64,000 nucleotides of DNA from an uncultured delta proteobacterium. GTDB taxonomy: Bacteria; Myxococcota_A; Polyangia; Fen-1088. Shown here in pieces: positions 1-8,882 of the stretch. A program made the translations under genes and the position numbers. Position 1 is the stretch's first letter. Each line of letters opens with the position of its first letter. The stretch spans positions 96,001-160,000 of the forward strand of contig CAWCMR010000006.1 of assembly GCA_963796685.1 (NCBI GenBank), read 5' to 3'. Below the pieces are notes generated by a model. The model had not been told where the DNA came from. It saw only the letters and a program-made list of their open reading frames with translations, and did not search any database.

Positions 1-1
1 C

Positions 2-1357
2 GGAGAGCACACGCTGCGAGATGCCATCTCGGGTGCGCTCGTCGAGCCGCAGCCTTCGGATACGCGCGAGGTGGACGTCAACAACCAAGTCCGGCGGCTC
101 GCCCTGCCTGTCTTGGCCCAGCTCAAGCTGAAGGCGCCTCAGGAGACAGCGCGATTGGCCGCAGCCCAGGAGCTCGACGAGAGAGGGAGCGACGAGGCCT
201 TGCCGGTGCTGCGGTCGGCCTTGCAGCAAGAGAAGAGCGCGCGCGTTCGCGACGCCATCGCCTTGGCCATTGCGCGATTCGACCTGCAAAGCGATGTTCC
301 CGCGCGCCAGTTGGCGGGCCTGGACGTGGCGAGAGACCTCGGTTCGCCATCGCTCAAAGGCATCCTCGGGCGACTGGCCGCACCCAGCGTCGCGAATGCC
401 GAGGTCCGCAAAAGGGCCAAGCAAGCCCTGGACGCCATCGACAGCCGCCAGAGGCGGATCGATGTCATCGCGGCGCTGTTTCACGGCCTCAGCCTAGGCA
501 GCATCTTGCTTCTGGCGGCCCTCGGGTTGGCGGTCACCTTCGGCCTGCTCGGCGTCATCAACATGGCCCATGGGGAAATGCTGATGCTCGGCGCCTATAC
601 GACCTATGCGGTGCAAATTGCATTCGAGCGATGGCTGCCCGGTGGGCTTCGATTCTACTTGTTGGCCGCCGTTCCGCTGTCGTTCCTCACGACGCTCTTC
701 GCGGGAGTCGTGCTCGAACGGACGGTGATTCGATTCCTCTATGGGCGGCCCCTGGAGACGCTCTTGGCAACCTGGGGCATCAGCTTGGGGTTGATACAAA
801 CCGTGCGTCTCGTCTTCGGAGCCCAGAATGTCGCCGTTGCCAACCCGTCATGGCTGAGCGGTGGTTTCGAGATCGCCCACGGCTTAGTCCTGCCCTACAG
901 CCGCATCGCCGTCATCCTGTTCGCCATCGTCGTGACCGTCGGCGTGTGGGCGCTGTTGCAGCGCACGCGCCTCGGGTTGCAAGTGCGCGCGGTGACGCAG
1001 AATCGCGCGATGTCCGCGTGCCTAGGCATTTCGACCTCACGCATCGACATGTGGATGTTTGGCCTGGGTTCGGGCATCGCAGGGCTGGGGGGAGTCGCGC
1101 TGTCGCAAATCGGCAACGTCGGCCCCGAGCTCGGCCAGACCTACATCATCGATTCCTTCATGGTGGTCGTGGTGGGTGGGGTAGGGCGTCTGGCCGGCTC
1201 CATCGTCGCCTCTCTGGGCCTGGGTGTGGTGAACGAAATCCTCGAACCCTTTGCCGGCGCGGTGCTGGGAAAGATCGCGGTGCTAGTCCTCATCATTCTA
1301 TTCATCCAACGGCGCCCACAGGGGCTCTTCACCCTCAAAGGGCGCATCGAGGCTTGA
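2..1357 (+). CDS. urtB: Urea ABC transporter permease UrtB (5'-truncated by window edge; HEAT-like N-terminal region)
   Basis: Frame open from position 2; LivH-type permease motifs 'GLLGVINMAHGEMLMLGAY' and 'RFLYGRPLETLLATWG'; first of four urt genes. Confidence 0.9.
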   Translation, partial: GEHTLRDAISGALVEPQPSDTREVDVNNQVRRLALPVLAQLKLKAPQETARLAAAQELDERGSDEALPVLRSALQQEKSARVRDAIALAIARFDLQSDVPARQLAGLDVARDLGSPSLKGILGRLAAPSVANAEVRKRAKQALDAIDSRQRRIDVIAALFHGLSLGSILLLAALGLAVTFGLLGVINMAHGEMLMLGAYTTYAVQIAFERWLPGGLRFYLLAAVPLSFLTTLFAGVVLERTVIRFLYGRPLETLLATWGISLGLIQTVRLVFGAQNVAVANPSWLSGGFEIAHGLVLPYSRIAVILFAIVVTVGVWALLQRTRLGLQVRAVTQNRAMSACLGISTSRIDMWMFGLGSGIAGLGGVALSQIGNVGPELGQTYIIDSFMVVVVGGVGRLAGSIVASLGLGVVNEILEPFAGAVLGKIAVLVLIILFIQRRPQGLFTLKGRIEA

Positions 1358-1359
1358 GC

Positions 1360-2466
1360 ATGATGGCGCGAATTCGTGGCCGGCTGTTGGAGATGCACAG
1401 CTCGCGAGCATGGCTTGGCGTGTTTTTGTCGGCGACAGTATTACTGGTGGTGCTGCCGCTTTCCAACGCACTGATACCGGCGAGATCGGCGCTCCACCTC
1501 CCCGACTACTTGGTCCCGCTGCTCGGCAAGTTTCTGTGCTTTGGACTTGCCGCCTTGGCCGTGGATCTCATCTGGGGATTCGCGGGAATTCTTAGCCTCG
1601 GTCACGGGCTCTTCTTCGCGCTCGGCGGCTATGCCATGGGGATGTACCTCATGCGCTCCATCGCCGGAGAGGGTGTCTATCGAAGCGCGCTGCCGGACTT
1701 CATGGTGTTCCTGGACTGGAAGAGCTTGCCTTGGTACTGGCATGGATTCGAGCACTTCGCCTTTGCCGTGGCGGCGGCCCTTATCGGCCCGGGCTTGCTT
1801 GCATTCGTCTTCGGCTACTTTGCATTTCGCTCGAAGATCAAGGGCGTCTACTTCGCCATCGTCACCCAGGCGCTGACCTACGCGGCGATGTTGCTCTTCT
1901 TCCAGAATGCCGCCGGATTCGGCGGCAACAATGGCTTGACCGATTTCAAACACATCCTCGGACACTCGCTGCGGGCGCCCTCGACCCGGCTGGCGTTGTA
2001 CGTGGCTTCCGGATTGGCGTTGCTGCTCGGATACCTGGCATGCCGCTACGTCGTCACCAGCAAGTATGGGCGCGTGCTCACGGCCATTCGCGATGCCGAG
2101 CTCAAGGCCCGCTTCTGTGGCTACGAATCCACGCACTTCAAACTGTTCGCTTGGACATTCTCGGCCATGTTGTGCGCCCTGGCCGGTGCCCTGTATGTCC
2201 CGCAAGTAGGGATCATCAATCCCAGCGAGATGCAGCCATCGAATTCGATCGAGATGGCCATCTGGGTGGCCGTGGGTGGCCGTGGCAGCCTGGCCGGCGC
2301 GGTGCTCGGCGCCTGGCTCATCAACGGCGGCAAGAGCTGGCTCACCGCTGCGTTTCCGTCGGCGTGGCTCTACGTCCTTGGGGCGCTTTTCATCCTGGTG
2401 ACGCTGTTTCTGCCCAAAGGCCTGGCAGGGGTATGGTCGAACCTGGCGAGGCGCAGGGGAAAGTGA
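1360..2466 (+). CDS. urtC: Urea ABC transporter permease UrtC
   Basis: ATG at 1360 in the ORF-631 frame; 'LGKFLCF...DLIWGFAGILSLGHG', 'LPDFMVFLDW', 'GGNNGLTDF', 'LYVPQVGIINP'. Confidence 0.9.
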   Translation: MMARIRGRLLEMHSSRAWLGVFLSATVLLVVLPLSNALIPARSALHLPDYLVPLLGKFLCFGLAALAVDLIWGFAGILSLGHGLFFALGGYAMGMYLMRSIAGEGVYRSALPDFMVFLDWKSLPWYWHGFEHFAFAVAAALIGPGLLAFVFGYFAFRSKIKGVYFAIVTQALTYAAMLLFFQNAAGFGGNNGLTDFKHILGHSLRAPSTRLALYVASGLALLLGYLACRYVVTSKYGRVLTAIRDAELKARFCGYESTHFKLFAWTFSAMLCALAGALYVPQVGIINPSEMQPSNSIEMAIWVAVGGRGSLAGAVLGAWLINGGKSWLTAAFPSAWLYVLGALFILVTLFLPKGLAGVWSNLARRRGK

Positions 2467-3347
2467 TGCGCGACGGAAGAGAGAGCTTCGTCGTCGGCGG
2501 CCTCCGTCGCGCCGGGTCTTCGGCCAAGGCCCTCGGCTTGGCCGGGGACGTCGCGTCGCCGCCCATCCAGGCAGAGTCGTCGCTGCACGCTTCGACTTCC
2601 AAGCACGCCAAGCTCGTACTCTGGGTGGAAGAGGTCACGGTGAGCTTCGACGGCTTCAAGGCGCTCGACGATTTGACCTTGACCCTGGAACGGGGCGAGC
2701 TTCGCTGCATCATCGGTCCCAACGGCGCTGGCAAGACCACGCTCATGGACGTCATCACGGGAAAGACCCGGCCGGATCATGGCGCGGTCTATCTGGAAAA
2801 CCGCCTGGTGGACTTGACGGCGCTGTCCGAGCGCGAGATTGCGGCACTCGGCATAGGACGCAAGTTTCAACGGCCGACCGTCTTCGGCGGCCACACGGTA
2901 CACGAGAACTGCGAGCTCGCGTTGCGCGGAAACAAGGGTGTCTTCCATAGCCTGTTCGGACGCATGTCCAAGGCCGAGCGCGAGCGCATCGACGAGGTGC
3001 TCGAAACGGTGGGGCTATCGGACCGGCGGCACGAGAGAGCCGGGCTCCTGGCCCATGGGCACAAGCAGTGGCTGGAGATTGGAATGCTGCTGGCCCAGGA
3101 GCCGAAGGTCCTGCTCGTGGACGAGCCGGTGGCGGGAATGAACCACGTCGAGATGGAGCGGACGGCCGCGCTGCTCAATCGCTTGGCGGGCGAGCACACC
3201 GTGGTGGTCGTGGAGCACGACATGGAATTCATCCGTCAGATCGCGCGCCAGGTGACGGTCTTGCACGAGGGCAGGGTGCTCGCGGAAGGTCCGATGGAGA
3301 AGATCCAGAACGACCCGCGGGTCATCGAAGTGTATCTGGGGGCCTGA
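2466..3347 (+). CDS. urtD: Urea ABC transporter ATP-binding protein UrtD
   Basis: Walker A GPNGAGKT, 'GIGRKFQRPTVF', 'LAHGHKQWLEIGMLL', C-terminal 'VIEVYLG'; start overlaps the urtC stop. Confidence 0.9.
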   Translation: MRDGRESFVVGGLRRAGSSAKALGLAGDVASPPIQAESSLHASTSKHAKLVLWVEEVTVSFDGFKALDDLTLTLERGELRCIIGPNGAGKTTLMDVITGKTRPDHGAVYLENRLVDLTALSEREIAALGIGRKFQRPTVFGGHTVHENCELALRGNKGVFHSLFGRMSKAERERIDEVLETVGLSDRRHERAGLLAHGHKQWLEIGMLLAQEPKVLLVDEPVAGMNHVEMERTAALLNRLAGEHTVVVVEHDMEFIRQIARQVTVLHEGRVLAEGPMEKIQNDPRVIEVYLGA

Positions 3348-3348
3348 C

Positions 3349-4068
3349 ATGCTCGAAATCACCGGCATCAATCAATACTACGGCGAAAGTCACACGCTAT
3401 GGGACACGCGACTGGAGGTGCCCGCGGGCGGGTGCACGTGTCTCATGGGGCGCAATGGGGTCGGCAAGACGACGTTGCTCAAGGTCATCATGGGGCTTCT
3501 GCCCGTCCGGGACGGGCGGATTCAGTTCGGCGAGCAGGACTTGGCGGGCCGGCGCGCCGAGGTGCGGGCGCGGCTGGGCATCGGCTACGTGCCGCAAGGC
3601 CGCGAGATCTTTCCACAGTTGACCGTCGAGGAGAATCTGAGCATCGGCTTGCCCGCGCGGGCTTCGCGCGAAAGGCCCAAGGGCGAAAAGAGCAAGCAGG
3701 ACGTCTTCGAGCGCATCTTCGACCTGTTTCCGGTGCTCAAGAAGATGCTTTACCGACGGGGTGGCGATCTTTCGGGCGGCCAGCAACAACAACTTGCCAT
3801 CGGGCGTGCTTTGGCCGTCGATCCCAAGCTGTTGATCCTGGACGAGCCCACGGAAGGCATTCAGCCCAATGTTGTCCACGACATAGGCGACGTCATCATG
3901 CGCCTCAATCAGGAGGCCGGCATTGCCGTGCTGCTGGTCGAACAGAAGCTACCTTTCGCCCGCCGGGTGTCGCGAAACTTCTGCATCATGGACCGCGGAC
4001 GAACGGTTGCCGCGGGGGCCATGTCCGACCTCGGCGACGATCTCGTCCGCCAACACCTGACGGTGTAG
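3349..4068 (+). CDS. urtE: Urea ABC transporter ATP-binding protein UrtE
   Basis: 'QYYGESHTL', GRNGVGKT, 'YVPQGREIF', LSGGQQQ, 'DEPTEGIQP'. Confidence 0.92.
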   Translation: MLEITGINQYYGESHTLWDTRLEVPAGGCTCLMGRNGVGKTTLLKVIMGLLPVRDGRIQFGEQDLAGRRAEVRARLGIGYVPQGREIFPQLTVEENLSIGLPARASRERPKGEKSKQDVFERIFDLFPVLKKMLYRRGGDLSGGQQQQLAIGRALAVDPKLLILDEPTEGIQPNVVHDIGDVIMRLNQEAGIAVLLVEQKLPFARRVSRNFCIMDRGRTVAAGAMSDLGDDLVRQHLTV

Positions 4069-4091
4069 GGGCGGGTTTCAAACCCGCCCCT
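4065..4091. repeat. GTAG-type REP-like palindrome / possible bidirectional terminator
   Basis: Perfect 12-bp inverted repeat AGGGGCGGGTTT-C-AAACCCGCCCCT with an overlapping 5' GTAG (4065-4068), lying between convergent genes. Confidence 0.7.
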
Positions 4092-4102
4092 CTGTCCGGT
4101 TG

Positions 4103-5743
4103 CTACCCCACTGGCTCTCGATGAAGCGCAACCGCCGCGGGGGCAAGGACCGCGTGGGCAACCTCGGCGCCGCCCGACTCCTCGAGCGGCAGAACCGCCT
4201 TGGGCACGGCCACGGCGAACTTGGAACATGCGAGCAGAAGGGCGCCCACGGCCAGATAGCTCGCGGCCACCACCGGCGTCTGGCCGAAACCGATCGCCTC
4301 TCCGTGCATGAAGCCGAAGAAGGTCAAGGTGGCGCCGACGAGCGAGAAGGCCGCGGCCTTCTTGAAGTTGCGATCGATGATGAAGACGCCGATGGCGCCC
4401 AAGACCAACCCCGCGAGAATGGACCCTCCGCCCAGCACCGCCAGGCCGTGGTAGAGCACGCCGTTTTGGCCCAGTTTGTCCAGACCCACGGTGGCGGCGT
4501 TGGTGCCCGCGGCGATGAGGGAATTGTCGATTTGCAGCTTGCCCCAGGCCGCCACGTGGGGCGTAAGGGCAAGGATGATGGCAGGGGCATGACTCTTCGG
4601 CGTTTCCTGGAAGGCCTGTGAGCCGATGAGCATGCCGATGTAGAGAAGAATGGGAGAGATGGCCACGACCGGGATGACCGACACCATCAGGGAAATGATC
4701 CCGAACCACGACAACACGATCACCGCTATCCCGGTCGCGGCCGAATAGCCGATACGCCCGCCCATCGCCTTCCATCCTGGATGTCCGATGTAGACGGCGT
4801 TGATGAAGGGGTTACCCATCAAGCAACCGATGAGACTGACCACGCCGTCCGCGGTCAACACGCGCGTGGTGGGGAAGCTGTCGCCGGCCACGGCGGCGCT
4901 CTCTACATTGTCGATGGCCTCGACCAGGTCGTAGATACCGAAGGGGATCGCCGTGACCAGGATGACGCCCAGGAACTTGAAGCCGGAAAAGACGTGCCCG
5001 ACGGCTGGAATGGGAAAGGCGAAGCCGAAGTTCTGGAAGGACTCCCTGACCTTGGCCAGGCTCATTCCGCCGTAGTCCAGCCCGAAGGCGTTCGATCCCC
5101 ACGCGATGAGGGTACCCACGGCGATGGCCACCAAGCCCGCCGGGATGCCGCGGAAGTAGCGTACACCCCCGAACCAGCTGACCAGGATGACGGCGAAGCA
5201 CACGATGCCGATGACCGGGGTCATGAACATTTCCAGCGCGGGCCTCATCGAGATGAAGGCAATCGACACGCCGGCGAGCGTGCCGAGCAGCGCCGCCCGG
5301 GGCGTGATCTTGCGAATCACGGGCGCCACGAAACCGCCAACCATCAGGACGAAGCTCTGAATGAAGACCCACGTCAAGCCCGCTTCCCAGCCCTTGACGG
5401 GATCCCCCGTCTTGCTGGCGATGGGCAGCATGATGACGAAGGTGACCACGAACATGTGGGGCACGCTGATCCCAGAGGGCAGGGCGCACACGTCCTTGCG
5501 GCCGGTTTTGGCCGCGAGCTTGTAGGCCAGCCGCGCGTAGTAGAGCGTGCTCAGGCAGAGCATGAGTCCGGTCGCCGGCAGGATGCGCCCGAACACGAGG
5601 TGGTCGGGCATCTTGAGGACAAAGCGTAACAGGCCGGTCAGGACCAGCAGGTTGACGAGAATATTCGTTCCGAAACCAAAGAAGGCATTCCAGTCTCCGG
5701 GGGTCCAGAGGCGTGGTTTTGCGGGACTTACGGTGGTGTGCAT
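4103..5743 (-). CDS. NCS2/AzgA-like multi-pass permease of the kind found beside biuret/triuret hydrolases
   Basis: Many hydrophobic segments; 'WTPGDWNAFFG', 'DNVESAAVAGD', 'VYIGHPGWKAMGGRIGYS'; AAGGGAGA RBS upstream of ATG 5743. Confidence 0.75.
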   Translation of the reverse strand: MHTTVSPAKPRLWTPGDWNAFFGFGTNILVNLLVLTGLLRFVLKMPDHLVFGRILPATGLMLCLSTLYYARLAYKLAAKTGRKDVCALPSGISVPHMFVVTFVIMLPIASKTGDPVKGWEAGLTWVFIQSFVLMVGGFVAPVIRKITPRAALLGTLAGVSIAFISMRPALEMFMTPVIGIVCFAVILVSWFGGVRYFRGIPAGLVAIAVGTLIAWGSNAFGLDYGGMSLAKVRESFQNFGFAFPIPAVGHVFSGFKFLGVILVTAIPFGIYDLVEAIDNVESAAVAGDSFPTTRVLTADGVVSLIGCLMGNPFINAVYIGHPGWKAMGGRIGYSAATGIAVIVLSWFGIISLMVSVIPVVAISPILLYIGMLIGSQAFQETPKSHAPAIILALTPHVAAWGKLQIDNSLIAAGTNAATVGLDKLGQNGVLYHGLAVLGGGSILAGLVLGAIGVFIIDRNFKKAAAFSLVGATLTFFGFMHGEAIGFGQTPVVAASYLAVGALLLACSKFAVAVPKAVLPLEESGGAEVAHAVLAPAAVALHREPVG

Positions 5744-5795
5744 GATTTCTCCCTTGTCGACGTGATGGGACCTTTCATTGTCGTGTTCACGACCT

Positions 5796-6464
5796 TCACG
5801 CAATCGCGGTCAATACGCTGGCCGAGTCGGTGACCCAGCCGAAGATTCCTCCTTGAGCTTTGATCATTCGCAACCCGACTTCGTGAAACTCGGGGAAGTA
5901 CGAGCCGCAACAGTCGCTGGGCACGAGGCAACGGTAGCCGCGATCGTTGGCCTCGCGCACCGTCGTGTGGACGCAGACCTCGGTCGTCACGCCACAGACG
6001 ATCAGGTTCTCGATTTGGCGGTTCTGCAGGATCGAGTGCAGATCGGTCGCGTAGAAGGCGCCCTTGCCCGGCTTGTCCACCACCGGTTCGCCTGGCTTCG
6101 GGTATAGGGCAGGCACGATGTCGTGTCCGGGCTCGCCCCGGACGAGAATGCGCCCCATGGGCCCAAGCGCACCGATACGCATGCTGGGTACGCCCCGTTC
6201 CACCTTGGCCTTGGGGGCGTCGGACAGATCCGGACGATGGCCCTCGCGGGTATGAACAATCAGCATGCCCCGCTTGCGCGCACCCGCGAGCAGCGCCTTG
6301 CAGGGTTCGACGGCGGCGTTCAGCAGGGAGACTTTGTTCCCCAGGGTCTCTCCGAATCCGCCCGGTTCGAGAAAATCACGCTGCATATCGATGATGAGGA
6401 CCGCGGTCCGGTCGATGTCGATGGGGACGGCTTCGGGTTCGGCGCTGACGACGGTTGTGGCCAT
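5796..6464 (-). CDS. trtA: Isochorismatase-family cysteine hydrolase, triuret hydrolase (TrtA) type
   Basis: D-K-C triad (IDMQ, DKPGK, TEVC); TrtA-type 'GGFGETLGN', 'GVTTEVC', 'GSYFPEFH', 'QGGIFG' rather than BiuH-type 'GGYVD..GYD', 'TTDVC', 'QGGVFG'. Confidence 0.72.
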   Translation of the reverse strand: MATTVVSAEPEAVPIDIDRTAVLIIDMQRDFLEPGGFGETLGNKVSLLNAAVEPCKALLAGARKRGMLIVHTREGHRPDLSDAPKAKVERGVPSMRIGALGPMGRILVRGEPGHDIVPALYPKPGEPVVDKPGKGAFYATDLHSILQNRQIENLIVCGVTTEVCVHTTVREANDRGYRCLVPSDCCGSYFPEFHEVGLRMIKAQGGIFGWVTDSASVLTAIA

Positions 6465-6901
6465 GGTTTCGGCTCCCTCGTAATGAGGACTAGCCTGGTC
6501 CGCAATTGGTTTCGTCGGCTTTTCGGTGCCGTAAATTTACGACGAAGTCTCGTTGTGCAGGGAGACGCGGCAATAGAGCGTCTCGTTTCTTGCCCGCGGG
6601 AATGCCAGCCGGTAAAGCGAGCGCCAATTGCGGGTTTCCGGAAAGTTACTTTTTCGACCTGAGCTTCATGCAAGTTGCTCTATCTGGATCCCCGAGCAGG
6701 ATAGTTGCCATGGATGACCTGATCCGAGCGCGCTCGCAAAATAGAAGGCAACACCCACTGCCCAGTCGCACCTTTGGTACGGAGGCGCGCCGCAGGCTAC
6801 GCCCGGGGCGATGGCATTCGGGCCGAAATCGACCTGGCGGCGAGCACGCGTCTTTCGAGTTTGCAGAATGCGTGGTGGAGAGCGCCGGGCTGGGACGGCG
6901 C

Positions 6902-6985
6902 ATGCTCACGCTCGTCGTCTTTGCTATCGGCGCCTGTCTGGTCCTCTTCGCCTACGCATCTATCCTGGGAGCCGGGAGACTCTAG
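6902..6985 (+). CDS. Possible 27-aa single-TM peptide
   Basis: MLTLVVFAIGACLVLFAYASILGAGRL*; stop overlaps the convergent gene stop; weak RBS. Confidence 0.3.
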   Translation: MLTLVVFAIGACLVLFAYASILGAGRL

Positions 6986-7681
6986 AAGTCTTCTCCCAGC
7001 CGATCGATCTGCGCGTAGGCGAAGCGCAGCCAAACCTTGATTCTTTGCCGGTCTGCCCAACTGAAGGCGCCCCCGGCAAAGCTCGGATTGTTGGCGGCGG
7101 CCCAGTAGCTGGCATCATGGCGGTCCATCTTCTGCATGGCCGAGGCCTGGAGCTTCCGGCAACTCGAGGACCATTGCCCCCAGCGCACCGGCCTTGGTGC
7201 TCGTCGTGGACTGATCGAAGAGCGAGAAATCCTTGCCACGACCCAGATTCTTCACGGCGCAGACTCGGGCCGAGGCGCCGTAGCGCTCGAGAAGCCGATC
7301 GAGCGTCAGAACGGAATCCTTGCCGTCGTCCATGACATGCCAGAACACGACGCCGACGCCGCTTTCACGCGCCAGCTCCAACACCGCCACATCCGCGATC
7401 CATCTCGACAGCGGACGATCGCTCTGAGCCGGCAAATCGACCAGCACGCGACGATCGGTTTCGGTGGCCAAGGTCAAGATTTCGTCGGCGCTGTCCGGGC
7501 GTTCCAGGTCGACGGGCCGGGTGTATTCCGCGTAGTGTCGCAGGAGCGCGCCGTGCGAGGCATCCGCATCCAGCGCCTGAAACGGCAGCCCACGGTCGAT
7601 CAGATACTGCGCGCACAGGCGAGCCACCACCGACTTGCCGACGCCACCCTTTTCGCCGCCGATGAAGTGAATCTTGCTCAT
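6982..7681 (-). CDS. MobD-like/ParA-family P-loop ATPase, apparent +1 frameshift at ~7154
   Basis: 'GGEKGGVGKS' deviant Walker A, 'DADASH', 'LVDLPAQ'; removing one base at GGAAGCT joins ORF 7115-7681 to the C-terminus in ORF 6982-7239 ('LQASAMQKMDRHDASYWAA...RQRIKVWL'). Confidence 0.7.
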
Positions 7682-7783
7682 GAGATGGCGACGACCATAC
7701 CCGCCATCGGGTTTCGCGCGTGCAACGTCTTGGTTTCGTTTGGTCGCGGACGGGCCCGCGGCGGCAAGCAGGGGCCCGACGAT

Positions 7784-8755
7784 TCAGGCGGCGGATGGCT
7801 CGTCGACAGCCACCTTCTCGACGATTCCCTCGTCATGATCGTCGGCTGGCAGGGTCGCGAGCAGTGCGCGGGCCAGGTTGCGGAAGGTGGCCGCGTCCTT
7901 GGTGTCCGGGTCGAGCGCCAGGGGCCGCCGGTTGTTGACGGATTCATGAATCGTCGTCGAAGAGCGCAGCCAACCGAGGACGGGAATTTTCACACCGAGG
8001 TAATCGTGCATGGTGTGGGCCACGGCTGCGAAGACGCCGGTGTGTGCGACCTTGAATACCTGATTGCCGACCATGTAGGCGCCAAAGCGTTCGAGCTCGG
8101 TGAAGACCTTGTCGGCCAATTGTGGACGCGTCTCGCGCAGGCGGGCCAGGATCTCCACCACCTTCTCCGTGCTCGTGCTCAGCGTGGCCGGTTCGAGCAG
8201 GGCCGCGTCGATGGCCTCTTCCACGTTGTGGCGCAAGAGGCGCAGCACGGCGCTCTTGAGAAACGCGTAGGCATCGTGAAGCGCGGTCACCTGCGGCGTG
8301 GTCACGAGCAGCTTGCGTACGCCGAGGTCGAAGAAATCGAGGGCGTTGTACCCCACGCCGGCGCCCACGTCGACGACGATGACGTCTGCCTCCAGGGCGC
8401 GCAGCTTGCGCAGGAGGGAAACCTTCTGCGCATGGGTGATGTTGGCGGCCCCTAGCACGCCGCTCGTACCGGCCAGCAGCCGCAGGTTGGGCACTTGGGT
8501 CTCGGTCAGGCAGCTCTTGGCGTCCTTCACAGACTTGTCGAGCAGGTCCTGAAGCCCCACCGCCGGGTTGGGCAAGCCGAGGAGGAGATGCTGGTTGGCG
8601 GCGCCGAGATCCATGTCGGCGATCACCACGCGATGGCCGTCTTGCGCCAGAGAGGCCGCGAGGTTGAGCGCGATGATGCTCTTGCCCACTCCGCCCTTAC
8701 CACCACCGACGGTCATGATGCACGATCGGGCTGCTCGTTGCGGCGCGATGCTCAT
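7784..8755 (-). CDS. MinD/FlhG-family ATPase
   Basis: 'GGGKGGVGKS', 'DMDLGAANQH', 'VDVGAG', 'TALHDAYAFLK'. Confidence 0.85.
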   Translation of the reverse strand: MSIAPQRAARSCIMTVGGGKGGVGKSIIALNLAASLAQDGHRVVIADMDLGAANQHLLLGLPNPAVGLQDLLDKSVKDAKSCLTETQVPNLRLLAGTSGVLGAANITHAQKVSLLRKLRALEADVIVVDVGAGVGYNALDFFDLGVRKLLVTTPQVTALHDAYAFLKSAVLRLLRHNVEEAIDAALLEPATLSTSTEKVVEILARLRETRPQLADKVFTELERFGAYMVGNQVFKVAHTGVFAAVAHTMHDYLGVKIPVLGWLRSSTTIHESVNNRRPLALDPDTKDAATFRNLARALLATLPADDHDEGIVEKVAVDEPSAA

Positions 8756-8882
8756 TGCACTATTCCGACCTACCTATCGGAGGTTGGTGCAGCTCGCTTG
8801 AGGAGGTCACCGGAACGAAGTCCTGGAACCTTCTGCTCGAGTGGGCGTCCCGTAACTTGTCGAAACTCTTGCAGTTCGAGAT

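Noticed and set aside
5796-6464. Biuret hydrolase (biuH) call
   Set aside because: Specificity positions match the TrtA pattern, not BiuH
6465-6900. Riboswitch (e.g. guanidine) upstream of the hydrolase
   Set aside because: No recognisable conserved aptamer motif
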